Origin: Chitinophagales bacterium
GTDB lineage: Bacteria > Bacteroidota > Bacteroidia > Chitinophagales > JADIYW01
Direction of reading: 5' to 3'
Assembly: GCA_041393015.1 (NCBI GenBank)
Contig: JAWKKV010000001.1
Span: 498,625 to 562,624, forward strand
Length of the DNA: 64,000 nucleotides
Below are positions 49,636-59,339 of the stretch, piece by piece. The position numbers and the translations under genes are program-made. The notes below the pieces were generated by a model. That model did no database searches. It saw only the letters and a list, made by a program, of their open reading frames with translations, and was not told the DNA's origin. Numbering within the stretch: the stretch's first letter is position 1; the number at the start of each line of letters is the position of its first letter.

Positions 49636-51529
49636 TATTAGAAAGTGGAATGTGAATGATGTACTTATTACCTTTACCTTTCGAAGGTAACTCTTTTACT
49701 TTTCCTTTTAAAATACTAACCCTATCCATAATAGTTTTTAAACCTAATGAGTGGGAAGTCATTAGTTTATTTTGAAAATCAAATGGATTACCACTGTCTT
49801 GATAAGTCATAATTAAATAATTATCATCCTTAGATAGCTTTACTTGAACAGATGGCGCCCCTGAATACTTAAGCGTATTACTAAAGCACTCTTGAACAAT
49901 TCTAAAAACATGCAAACTCGACTCTATGGATAACTCAGGCAAATCCTCAAATCCTTCGGATACAACTATAGAAGAGCTATTTTCTATTCTATCAATTAAA
50001 TCTTCTAAGGTGGTTTTTAATCCTAAATATTTTAATTGATATGGGTACTCGTCTCTACTGATGGCACGCACTCTATCAATAGCCTTTTGAAGCATTATCT
50101 TACTTTCTTGCAGATCGCTATTGTTTTCGATCATTTGTTTCATTAGCACCAATTGTTGTCCAATATCATCGTGCAATTCAGCTGCTCTATTTTTTCTATC
50201 TTCTTCTAATTTTTTAGTGGCTTCCAACTGATAAAACTCATCCAATTCAAGTCTTTCTTTTGCTCTTTTATTTTTAGTATATAAGTAGCCAATCAACAAT
50301 GATAAAAATGCTAACAAACTGATTAGGAAAATTATACGCTGATTGTTTCTCCTGCCTATTTCCAACTTTTCAATGGCTGATTTTTGTTCTAATGTTTCCT
50401 TTTCAAGAATTGCTTTTTCGTAAAGCGTTGTTGCTCTTAAAAGTTGTTTGGACAAATTTCTATTGTAAAAATTCTCTTTGCATTCAAACAGGCTATCTGC
50501 CAATTGCGAGGCTAAATCATAATTACCACTTTGGCTTTCCGCTTTATATAAATATTCGTAAGCATAACAGATATCATCATCTAAATTTAGTTTTTGAGCC
50601 AGCTGAAGTGATTCCCTAAGAAAGGGTCTTGCTAAATCGGGTTGATTATTATCAACATAAAATTCTCCTAAATGCCAAGAGGTCGTTACTAGACCATATT
50701 CCATTTTTTGGTCGTGATAATAATTATAAGCTTTCTTCAGATAGTATTCGGCGCTATCGGGTAAATTCATTTTATGATAAGTAGCTCCCAAATTAGAATA
50801 GGTTCCGCCAATTTGGTCATGATCTGCAATTTCTCTCGCTAATTTATTGGACATTCCCAAGTATTCAATGGCTTCATCAAATCGTTTTGTATGGCGGAAA
50901 TAACTACTTAAATTGTTATAAGCCCACACTTTCACTTGCTTATCATCTTGTTTTTTGGCTTCTTCTAATGCCTGCTGAAAATATTCATAAGCCTCATCAT
51001 TTTGCTCTAAATCCATATGCCCCAATCCAATAAGGTTGAGCAAATCCGGTTTGAATTCAGGATAATTTAAGCTATCAATTTTTAACAGTAGCTGTGTAGA
51101 ATATTCTACGCATTTAGAAAAGTCGCCAAACATTCCATACGTTCTTGCTTTTAATAAATAAGCCTTTATTTCTGCATATGCATCTTTTGATTTTTGATAT
51201 AAAGTAACCGCGCTATCTATGTAAATATGAGCATTAACTGCTTCTCCCTGTTTTCGCGCCATTAGCGTCAAAGTGTAATAACAATCACCTTTTAAGTCAC
51301 TGTTACTCAATTTTTTCGCTTTATTCAATGCAGTTCTGCAAATTATAATTCCAGTGTCCGGCAGTGTTTTAAAATATTCTAAAGCAATTTGATTGAGTGT
51401 GGCTATTTTAACACTGTCGAAAGAAGAATTATTTAAAATCTGATGTAAGGAATCTACTTTTTCATTATTACTTCGCCCAACAAATGGAAGGCTTAATAAT
51501 AGAACAATGAAAATGATTATGATTCGCAT
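49619..51529 (-). CDS. TPR-repeat sensor histidine kinase (HisKA_3/NarX-type)
   Basis: Signal peptide, multiple TPR-like repeats, one TM helix (IIFLISLLAFLSLLIGYLY), H-box AAELHDDIGQQL, and a C-terminal HATPase. Confidence 0.85.
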   Translation of the reverse strand: MRIIIIFIVLLLSLPFVGRSNNEKVDSLHQILNNSSFDSVKIATLNQIALEYFKTLPDTGIIICRTALNKAKKLSNSDLKGDCYYTLTLMARKQGEAVNAHIYIDSAVTLYQKSKDAYAEIKAYLLKARTYGMFGDFSKCVEYSTQLLLKIDSLNYPEFKPDLLNLIGLGHMDLEQNDEAYEYFQQALEEAKKQDDKQVKVWAYNNLSSYFRHTKRFDEAIEYLGMSNKLAREIADHDQIGGTYSNLGATYHKMNLPDSAEYYLKKAYNYYHDQKMEYGLVTTSWHLGEFYVDNNQPDLARPFLRESLQLAQKLNLDDDICYAYEYLYKAESQSGNYDLASQLADSLFECKENFYNRNLSKQLLRATTLYEKAILEKETLEQKSAIEKLEIGRRNNQRIIFLISLLAFLSLLIGYLYTKNKRAKERLELDEFYQLEATKKLEEDRKNRAAELHDDIGQQLVLMKQMIENNSDLQESKIMLQKAIDRVRAISRDEYPYQLKYLGLKTTLEDLIDRIENSSSIVVSEGFEDLPELSIESSLHVFRIVQECFSNTLKYSGAPSVQVKLSKDDNYLIMTYQDSGNPFDFQNKLMTSHSLGLKTIMDRVSILKGKVKELPSKGKGNKYIIHIPLSNIDGTK

Positions 51530-51610
51530 TCAACAAATATGGTAATTCTTAAGCAACTAAAATAGAGTACTCGTCACTCAATTTGATTTAGGCTATTATA
51601 ATTGACTTTA

Positions 51611-51649
51611 AACTAAAAAAAGAGACTACCATTAATAAGCAGTCTCTTT
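51611..51649 (-). terminator. rho-independent terminator ending the lgt/hydrolase unit
   Basis: aaagagact / agtctcttt stem; on the minus strand it is followed by tttttttag. Confidence 0.55.
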
Positions 51650-51692
51650 CACAAAAAAAAGTTAGAGTATTAGTCTCATTAAAACATTATCA

Positions 51693-52976
51693 TTACTCCC
51701 ATGCAGCATCATAGGAACTTATAATCATTGATTGCAATGTACTGTTATCATAATCTGAAATGGCTGGATGGGTACTATTCGTCATTACACATATAGAAAT
51801 ATTTTCTGGAAGGTGGCACAAAATGGCTCTTAATCTGTCGCCAATCTGCCCACCATGTCCTTGTCCAGTTCCTCTAGTAGTTGCGATAGCTCTATTGAAG
51901 CCAAACCTCCAATTTAAGGTTGGATGACCATACATTAATGCTCTGTTTCCTGAAGAAAGAACAGCATCGTTATTTTGTATAGTTTGCATGTATTTTACCA
52001 AATCACGAGCCGAAATCCACCAGCCACCGCCACCAGAGATATATCTCCAGTCTAAAGTATATGGCGTACCTTCGCTATCTAAGTTAGAAGCATCATAGTA
52101 TAAAGTAGCTTCTTGAGCTCCACTCGGCATATTTAAGGTTGCATCAAAAACGCCGCTAGGATTTAAGAGCTCCTTTGTAATATATTCATCAAAATATCTT
52201 TGAGAAAGATAGTCTGTAATTTCAGTTGCTTGCTGTAAGTCAACAATTTGAACACCTGTGTTTTTCCATAACTGAGGAATAACAACTCTCATCGTAGCAA
52301 AATTGGCATTCTTATAGACATACATATTTTCATCGGGATTAGCTGGATTTATAACTTGAGTGTCGACCGGTTCTGACTCAATAAATGTTTTCAACCCATC
52401 ATAACTTAAAGTGTTATCAAAATCACTGTTAACACTTGGCAGTGCAGTTCTATGCGCTAAAAAATGTCTAAAACTTAAAGTTTTGGCATAGTCTGAAGGT
52501 TCCCAAGAATCAGGAAGGTATGGTGCCACTAAATCATCGACTGTTAAGTTGTTTGCTTCCAATAATTTTAATGTTGCCGCTGCAGTTAAATTCTTAGCTA
52601 TACTCGCCCCATTCATACGGTTACATTCATTGAATCTTAAAATACAGTCATTTTCATTTCGTGCATTCCCAACTGATCGAAGTCCAACAATTTGTTCATT
52701 CCATCCAACTGCAACCTGATAACCTACTATGCCGTTTAATAAGCTGTCCATCATATTTAAAAAGACATTAGTATTAAAAGTCCCTCCGGCTATGCCAATT
52801 GGATTACTCCCAATTACAGCACTCTCGCAATAAACATATTCACTGGTATTTCCGCCCGCTCCTCCGTCGTCACCATCACGTGGGCAAAGCGAAACATCAT
52901 CTGAATGGCAAGATTGTGAAATCCAACCCATGGCAAAAATGCAAACGACAATTAGTTTGTTGATATAATTTCTCAT
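51693..52976 (-). CDS. beta-lactamase-fold serine hydrolase, probable lipoprotein (paralog 2)
   Basis: MRNYINKLIV...ISQSC signal; SxxK (SIAK), YxN (YKN), HGG motifs; acidic residues after the Cys (CHSDD). Confidence 0.8.
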   Translation of the reverse strand: MRNYINKLIVVCIFAMGWISQSCHSDDVSLCPRDGDDGGAGGNTSEYVYCESAVIGSNPIGIAGGTFNTNVFLNMMDSLLNGIVGYQVAVGWNEQIVGLRSVGNARNENDCILRFNECNRMNGASIAKNLTAAATLKLLEANNLTVDDLVAPYLPDSWEPSDYAKTLSFRHFLAHRTALPSVNSDFDNTLSYDGLKTFIESEPVDTQVINPANPDENMYVYKNANFATMRVVIPQLWKNTGVQIVDLQQATEITDYLSQRYFDEYITKELLNPSGVFDATLNMPSGAQEATLYYDASNLDSEGTPYTLDWRYISGGGGWWISARDLVKYMQTIQNNDAVLSSGNRALMYGHPTLNWRFGFNRAIATTRGTGQGHGGQIGDRLRAILCHLPENISICVMTNSTHPAISDYDNSTLQSMIISSYDAAWE

Positions 52977-53044
52977 GATTTTTATCTTTTCAATGTGTTT
53001 TATAAATGGTTATTGTTGATATGAAATGAAGATTAATATTGACC

Positions 53045-54313
53045 TTAATTAAAGGCATTTCTATAGTGATTTAGAATAACTTGTGTGACGCCAAAGCTAT
53101 TGCATTGATTTCCTTCTGTTACCGAACCATCTACCTGAAAGCAAGAGTTAACACCTAGCGATACAAATAGATTTCCTGGCAAGACTAACGTATTAGAAAA
53201 ATAGTTACTAATTGTTCCTCCATGGCCGTAGTACTCTTCATTAATAGGCCCACCTGTAGTAAAACCAAACCTATTTATACCTAATTCTGAACCATCTTCA
53301 ACCATATAATTTTTTACATTAGGACTAATAATACCTTTTGTTCCATTCCATAGCTCCATATAAAATTTAACCATGTTTACAACTGAAATCGATAACGTTC
53401 CAGCGCCTATGTTTTGAAAATCTCTTTGTTCTCCGTCATTGTCATTTATGTCATCAAAATAATAGACTCTACTTCCATCGTCTGGCCAAGAAATAATAGG
53501 TTCTGGATTACCCAAAGGCTGTATAAACTCGTTTTCAAGAAAGTTGACAAGTAATGCACTTGTTTGCTGATGCGTACTTACCTCTTCCTCGGTAAAATCT
53601 ACATCTCTTACTTTTTCATAAATTTTTGGGAAAAGTTCTCGCATGAAAGAATAATGCGCATTTAGATATACCCATTCAAATGGTGCGTTTGTTGGCCCAG
53701 CAACATACCATGCTTTTACATCATCTTTTGTATTGCCTGCCGCATTAACTTCATATCCACTTCTATGGCCTAATACACTACCAAATGTCATAAAATCTGA
53801 GCCACCTTGATCTGCCCAACCCGTTGGCAAATAATCTTTAATTACTTCGCTAGATGGATCTAAGCCTGCTTCATCTAATAGATTTATGATAGCAGCACAA
53901 ATGATAGCTTTTGTTTGACTTCCAATATTCATTTTAGTGCAAGCAGTCATTTCTAGTTCTGAAGGGCAATCTTTTGATCCTGAACGCAATCCTCCTGCAG
54001 TAGCTCTAATCACTTTATCATCATAACCCACTGCTAATTGCCATCCTTTTACGCTTACATTTAGTTCTGCAGCTATATCTGCAACAAATTTGTCTACATC
54101 AAAATTGGCAACTGTAGTAGCATTTGTTAACGGTAAAATTTGGTAGCTCTGATCATTCACACCAATACCACAAGGGTTGCTTTCTGGAGCTTGAAGTGCT
54201 GCTCCTTCGCCGTTATCATCAAATTTACAGACCATATCTTCTGTACAAGACATAGCAAACCATGCACCTGCACAAATTGCCAATACAATTAGCTTATTGA
54301 TATAATTTCTCAT
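53045..54313 (-). CDS. beta-lactamase-fold serine hydrolase, probable lipoprotein (paralog 1)
   Basis: MRNYINKLIV...FAMSC signal; SxxK (SQTK), YxN (YLN), HGG motifs; CTEDM after the Cys. Start overlaps the lgt 3' end by 20 nt. Confidence 0.8.
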   Translation of the reverse strand: MRNYINKLIVLAICAGAWFAMSCTEDMVCKFDDNGEGAALQAPESNPCGIGVNDQSYQILPLTNATTVANFDVDKFVADIAAELNVSVKGWQLAVGYDDKVIRATAGGLRSGSKDCPSELEMTACTKMNIGSQTKAIICAAIINLLDEAGLDPSSEVIKDYLPTGWADQGGSDFMTFGSVLGHRSGYEVNAAGNTKDDVKAWYVAGPTNAPFEWVYLNAHYSFMRELFPKIYEKVRDVDFTEEEVSTHQQTSALLVNFLENEFIQPLGNPEPIISWPDDGSRVYYFDDINDNDGEQRDFQNIGAGTLSISVVNMVKFYMELWNGTKGIISPNVKNYMVEDGSELGINRFGFTTGGPINEEYYGHGGTISNYFSNTLVLPGNLFVSLGVNSCFQVDGSVTEGNQCNSFGVTQVILNHYRNAFN

Positions 54314-55139
54314 AATTGTTTGCTTTAATAATTGTTTTATGTTTAGTAAAAAATGATTTTGATAGAATGAATATTCCGGCTATTATAAATGGAAAACTTA
54401 GCCAATAACTGAAGGGCAAAGTGATGCCTGCAAAAGAGGTAAAAACCATATCTTCTTTAAATAGATCTACGAATAGTCTCCAACTAAACAGAAATATCAA
54501 TGCCCAAGCCATTCGATTTCCTTCTTTTTCTTGATACTTTTTTGGAAGAATAAACAGTAGAAAAAGCATGATGACTAGATAGCCAATACCTTCTATCAAC
54601 TGAATTGGAATTCTTGGTATAGGAAATTGACCTGAGTTGTAATATTTAAAAAATACTCCCCAGAATTGTGATGTTGGTATGCCTACAATTTCATGATTAA
54701 AAAAATTTCCTAATCGAATACAAAAGCCTGCAAAAAAGATTGGAATTACTAGTTTATCTGCTAGCCATCCCAATGAAATTTCCTTTCGGAAATAGGTGTA
54801 AGTTATTGTACCTATAGCTACTGCAATATAAGCTCCATGTCCAGTCATTCCGCCTTTCCAAAACATCGGAATTTCCAGCAGATGATCTTTGAAGTAATCC
54901 AGTTTATATATAAAAACATAGGCTAATCTTGCACCAATAAAAATACACAAAGCCATGTAAATAAATACTTCATCGGCAATCGCTATTGGTTTACTTTCTT
55001 TTTTTAATGCTTGTCTTAAATAGCTATATCCAAATATTAAAAACAGGAAGAAGAAGAAACCATACCAGCGTAATTCTATTCCATCATTTAGAGGGAAAAT
55101 TTCCGGATGTATATTCCAATGTATGGCTAATTGAGTCAT
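54294..55139 (-). CDS. lgt: phosphatidylglycerol--prolipoprotein diacylglyceryl transferase
   Basis: LRWYGFFF, GARLAYVF, WKGGMTGHG, RLGNFFNHE, all matching conserved Lgt motifs; 7 TM helices. Confidence 0.9.
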   Translation of the reverse strand: MTQLAIHWNIHPEIFPLNDGIELRWYGFFFFLFLIFGYSYLRQALKKESKPIAIADEVFIYMALCIFIGARLAYVFIYKLDYFKDHLLEIPMFWKGGMTGHGAYIAVAIGTITYTYFRKEISLGWLADKLVIPIFFAGFCIRLGNFFNHEIVGIPTSQFWGVFFKYYNSGQFPIPRIPIQLIEGIGYLVIMLFLLFILPKKYQEKEGNRMAWALIFLFSWRLFVDLFKEDMVFTSFAGITLPFSYWLSFPFIIAGIFILSKSFFTKHKTIIKANNYEKLYQ

Positions 55140-55220
55140 ATTGATTTGCTTAGCTTATGCTATAATTACATATACAAAGGTTACCATATGACAAAAGAAT
55201 TTTATTCTCTCAATTATCAA

Positions 55221-55240
55221 AAAGTGTAAAAAAGTGTAAA
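55221..55240. promoter_or_regulatory. perfect 10-bp direct repeat aaagtgtaaa x2 upstream of lgt (candidate regulator site)
   Basis: Read directly from the sequence. Closely resembles the gtataaaaa(a) x3 array at 59251-59278. Confidence 0.4.
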
Positions 55241-55259
55241 AAGCAGGAGTAATAAAAAG

Positions 55260-55580
55260 CTATTCTGATAGTATTTGTTGCAACTTAGCTTCTAGATCTA
55301 TAAATGTGTTGTTGGGATCTATCTCCCAAATTAATGACTCTGTTTGTCTCTCAATCTTTAAAGCAAGTTCTGCGCAAGCATCTAATCCCATATATTGACA
55401 CTGTGACTTTATACTATGTGCCACTACCGATGCTTCTGTGTAATTTTTAGCATTAAGATGCCTTTTCAGCTGATCTAATTCTTTTGGAATTTCAACTTGA
55501 ACCAAAGCCATATATTTATCGACCATTTCTTTGTCTCCCAATAATTGAAAAAGTTTGGTGTAATTGATCATTTTATTCAC
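55260..55580 (-). CDS. stand-alone histidine phosphotransfer (Hpt) protein
   Basis: 106 aa, four-helix pattern, phospho-His motif VAHSIKSQCQYMGL. Lies 24 nt downstream of the hybrid kinase. Confidence 0.8.
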   Translation of the reverse strand: MNKMINYTKLFQLLGDKEMVDKYMALVQVEIPKELDQLKRHLNAKNYTEASVVAHSIKSQCQYMGLDACAELALKIERQTESLIWEIDPNNTFIDLEAKLQQILSE

Positions 55581-55604
55581 TTTTATATCTAAGTCTCATT
55601 TTGG

Positions 55605-58600
55605 CTACAATAAATTCTTTTTAGACATTACAGCACTTATTTTATTGGTTAATTCGTCAATGTTAATCGGTTTTGTTACACACTCATTCATGCCAGCATT
55701 AAAACAAGCTTCAATTTGTTGAGGTATAGCATTCGCCGTTAATCCTAAAATAGGAATGTTTTTATAGTAATTTTCTCCTTTTGCTCTTATCAATTGGGTG
55801 GCTTCTAATCCATCCATAATTGGCATTTTTATATCCATTAAAACTAAATCGTACGATTTATTTTCTATTTTATCCAGTGCCTCTTTCCCATTGTTCGCCT
55901 TTTCAATTATCGGATTTTTTAAATGTTTTTGAAGTAATTCAACTGCAACAAATTGATTCATGGGAGTGTCTTCAACCAATAAAATTTTAAGTCCTTCAGG
56001 AATGTATTGCTGCTCCGTTTTTTCATTTTTAAGCGTTTCTTTAGCAATTTGAAAAGGAAGCGTAAAATAGAATTTTGATCCCTGATTAAATTCAGACTCC
56101 ACTTTAATTTCTCCTCCCATTAATTCCACTAATTCTTTGGCAATAGACAACCCTAAACCCGTTCCTTGATTTCCAAAATTCTTAGTTTTAGTGCTTCCAA
56201 CCTGCTCAAAACTTTTAAATATTGATTCTAGCTGATCTTTTTGAATACCTATTCCTGTATCTTCTACTTCAAATAATAGATTTGCTGTTTCATTTTTTGT
56301 TTCTTGCTGAGTAACGCTAACTGTAATGCTTCCTTCTTCCGTAAATTTTATGGCATTTCCAATAAGATTGGTGAGCACCTGAAAAATACGAATGGGATCG
56401 CCTATAACGCTTTCGGGAATAGTCTCATCGAGTTTCAAAATAAACTGTATGTCTTTTTCCTGGATTTTATTGATCAACAATAGCTTTACTTGATCGATTA
56501 CTGCTTTGATATTAAATGGCTCAGACTTAATTTTTAGTTTGCCACTTTCAATTTTTGCCTGATCGAGAATGTCATTGATGATCCATAATAAATTTTCGCA
56601 AGACAAATGGATGGCTTTTGTGTATTCCTTTTGTTTTTCGTTCAACTCTGACCCTAACATCAAGGTAATTAAACCCATAATTGCATTCATGGGCGTTCTT
56701 AACTCATGACTCATATTGGTCAGAAACTTGGTTTTATATAGTGCTTTTTGATCTGCAAGTTGTCTTTCTTGTTTTAGTTTCTCTGTCCTTTTCCAATTTA
56801 GAAAAATCAAATACATAATTAGAAAAATTAGACCAACGATACTTGCATAAAACCAATTGGTCTTCCAAAATGGAGGCGTAACTACAATTTCCAACTCTAA
56901 AGTATCTGTAACTTTAAAACCATTCTCGTTGGTTGCCTCCGCTAAAAAAGTATAATTCCCTGGAAATAAATTGGTAAATGTTACAGTTCTTCTATTCTCT
57001 ACATCCACCCATTCTTCGTTAAAACCAATCAATTTATACCTATAAGTTAAGTTATCTTGATTGGTATAATTTAATGCCGTGTATTCAATTTCAAAGACAG
57101 TTTCCTTAGGTTGAAGTTTTATTTTTTTAATATATTCTATTGCTTTGTCAAACTTCTTTTCTTTATACGATACTGAAAATTTAGACAAAACGATGGCAAC
57201 TTTATTGGTATCAAAGTCTTCAATTTCGGGATTGATTACTAGTAAACCATCACTTCCTCCAAAATATAGCTTACCATTTTTACCTTTAAATCTTGACCCT
57301 GTTATAAAGCCTTTTGTTTCTTTGTTTAAATTGTAGAATACAAAACTATCTGTTTGGGGATTATAAGCTCTTACATTACTTCCACCGGCCATCCAAACAT
57401 TTCCATCGTTGGCTAACAGTACCGCTGTAGCACCAGTAATTTTAGGATAATTCTCATTTGTATAATTAACAAACCGCTCTTTATTTATATCAAAATATGA
57501 AAAATCACTACCTGATAAATATATCCTATCAACATCTGCCACTAAATTATAGGCAACACCTGAACTCCAAGCAGTTGCATCTTGTTCATCTGTTTTATAT
57601 GCCTTTAATTTGTTTGTTTGAGGATTATAAGAACACAGCCTTCTCGAGTTTGTAAACCACAAAGTACCATTCGCTTGTTGATCTAAAATGGATAACTTAT
57701 CATTTGCCAATGTGGTATCTAAGATGGACGGATACACCCAAAATGTATCTTTTGTAACCATATTGTACCTGCATAAACCGCCTAATGTTGCCAACCAAAC
57801 TATAGAAGAATTTTCCTTATCAAAAAGAAATTCTTCAAGGTAGTTTCCTTTGAAAAATTGGCTTGTTTCAACCTCAACTATTTCTTCTGATTGATTAATT
57901 GTTTTATACAATCCTTTTCGTTGAATGGTAAACCATATATCACCTTCTTTATCTTCTTCAAAATCTCGCACAGAGGTTAAATCTTCATAAGCTGTATTTA
58001 CCCCTGAAAAATGTCTAGAAACTGATTGAATATTATCTTTTAAGTAGATTCCTGTAATGGTTGACGTCCAAACCCTTTTTTTTGAATCTACTATAATATC
58101 TAATATGGTATTGCTTAAATTATTAAGACCATATTCGTTATAGAACACTTTAAATTTTTCTGAGGATTTACTTAATATATCAGCATTTCTAAACATGCCA
58201 ATCCAAATATTATCTTGGTTATCTCTCATTAAAGAATAGATATTATCGACAGTAATGCCACCTGGATTATTACTTGAATAGGCATGATGAATAATAGGTT
58301 TCCTAAGTTTAACATCCCAGTGAACCAACCCTAATCCACTGCCAATATAAAACGTATTATTATCTCCTAAAATAAGGGCTTTAACATCTGGTTTAATTAA
58401 TTTGTCTGATATGGGAACATGCTCAAATTTACCCTCGTTTAAATAAAAAATAAATAAGCCATCATCCGTTGCTAACCAATAATTATAAGATGAATCTTGC
58501 ACAATTCTTCTCACTAAAATTGGATTCCCTTCTTCATTTATAAGGGGAAAATAATCTAACTTATTTTCTTTTTCATTTACTTTATAAATACCATTAATAC

Positions 58601-59177
58601 CTGCTGCCCAAAAATCATTATTGTGATCTTTGTATAAACGTGGTGAATGCCTTTCGTATCCAAATTTTGGGTGCGTAAAATGTTCGAATTTATTTGTTGT
58701 TGGATCAAAAAAATCAACACCAATTCCAGTGGCTAAAACTATTTTGCCATCGTTTGTCTCAAGTATATCACGAACATTATTGCTACTTAATGATTCAGCA
58801 TTATCTTTTATATGGTAAAACCTTTCAAAGCTTCCTAGTTCTCTATTAAACTTATTAAACCCGTTGTTTGTAGCTACATAAAACCGGCCTTTACTATCTT
58901 CAAAAAAACCATACACCCAATTAGAAGATATACTAGTAGAATCTGAGGCATTATAGCGATAATTGATAAATTCCTTCCCATTATACTTGCTTAAACCATA
59001 CATGGTTCCAAACCAAATATATCCTTTACTATCTTGAGTAATTGAGAATACATGTGAATGTCCAAGTCCATCTTCAACACCTATTTTAGTAAATTGAAAT
59101 TTCTCTGTTTGACCATTGCAAAATAGGGTTATGCCAAAAAATGCACTAATAAATATGATTTTATAAAAGCCCTTCAC
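55605..59177 (-). CDS. hybrid sensor histidine kinase with periplasmic beta-propeller (Reg_prop) repeats, Y_Y_Y domain and C-terminal receiver
   Basis: Repeated propeller motifs (IWFGTMYGLSKYNG, YWLATDDGLFIF and others); YRYKLIGFNEEW (Y_Y_Y); TM helix; H-box SHELRTPMNAIMG; GTGLGLSIAKELV; REC (ILLVEDTPMNQ, LMDIKMPIMDG). GTG start. No AraC domain. Confidence 0.9.
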   Translation of the reverse strand: MKGFYKIIFISAFFGITLFCNGQTEKFQFTKIGVEDGLGHSHVFSITQDSKGYIWFGTMYGLSKYNGKEFINYRYNASDSTSISSNWVYGFFEDSKGRFYVATNNGFNKFNRELGSFERFYHIKDNAESLSSNNVRDILETNDGKIVLATGIGVDFFDPTTNKFEHFTHPKFGYERHSPRLYKDHNNDFWAAGINGIYKVNEKENKLDYFPLINEEGNPILVRRIVQDSSYNYWLATDDGLFIFYLNEGKFEHVPISDKLIKPDVKALILGDNNTFYIGSGLGLVHWDVKLRKPIIHHAYSSNNPGGITVDNIYSLMRDNQDNIWIGMFRNADILSKSSEKFKVFYNEYGLNNLSNTILDIIVDSKKRVWTSTITGIYLKDNIQSVSRHFSGVNTAYEDLTSVRDFEEDKEGDIWFTIQRKGLYKTINQSEEIVEVETSQFFKGNYLEEFLFDKENSSIVWLATLGGLCRYNMVTKDTFWVYPSILDTTLANDKLSILDQQANGTLWFTNSRRLCSYNPQTNKLKAYKTDEQDATAWSSGVAYNLVADVDRIYLSGSDFSYFDINKERFVNYTNENYPKITGATAVLLANDGNVWMAGGSNVRAYNPQTDSFVFYNLNKETKGFITGSRFKGKNGKLYFGGSDGLLVINPEIEDFDTNKVAIVLSKFSVSYKEKKFDKAIEYIKKIKLQPKETVFEIEYTALNYTNQDNLTYRYKLIGFNEEWVDVENRRTVTFTNLFPGNYTFLAEATNENGFKVTDTLELEIVVTPPFWKTNWFYASIVGLIFLIMYLIFLNWKRTEKLKQERQLADQKALYKTKFLTNMSHELRTPMNAIMGLITLMLGSELNEKQKEYTKAIHLSCENLLWIINDILDQAKIESGKLKIKSEPFNIKAVIDQVKLLLINKIQEKDIQFILKLDETIPESVIGDPIRIFQVLTNLIGNAIKFTEEGSITVSVTQQETKNETANLLFEVEDTGIGIQKDQLESIFKSFEQVGSTKTKNFGNQGTGLGLSIAKELVELMGGEIKVESEFNQGSKFYFTLPFQIAKETLKNEKTEQQYIPEGLKILLVEDTPMNQFVAVELLQKHLKNPIIEKANNGKEALDKIENKSYDLVLMDIKMPIMDGLEATQLIRAKGENYYKNIPILGLTANAIPQQIEACFNAGMNECVTKPINIDELTNKISAVMSKKNLL

Positions 59178-59250
59178 CTAATTTACTTAGTCATCAAAGA
59201 ATCCTGATTGTTTTAACATACTAATATCAGCACAATATTAGCCTATAGCG

Positions 59251-59301
59251 TTATATGAATGTATAAAAAGTATAAAAAAGTATAAAAATACATTGTATTT
59301 A
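59251..59301. promoter_or_regulatory. direct-repeat array gtataaaaa(a) x3 plus an imperfect palindrome in the divergent kinase/regulator promoter region
   Basis: gtataaaaa gtataaaaaa gtataaaaa tacattgtatttattttgtatac. Related to aaagtgtaaa x2 at 55221-55240. Confidence 0.4.
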
Positions 59302-59339
59302 TTTTGTATACTTGAAAGCATTTGAATACGAATATCAGA

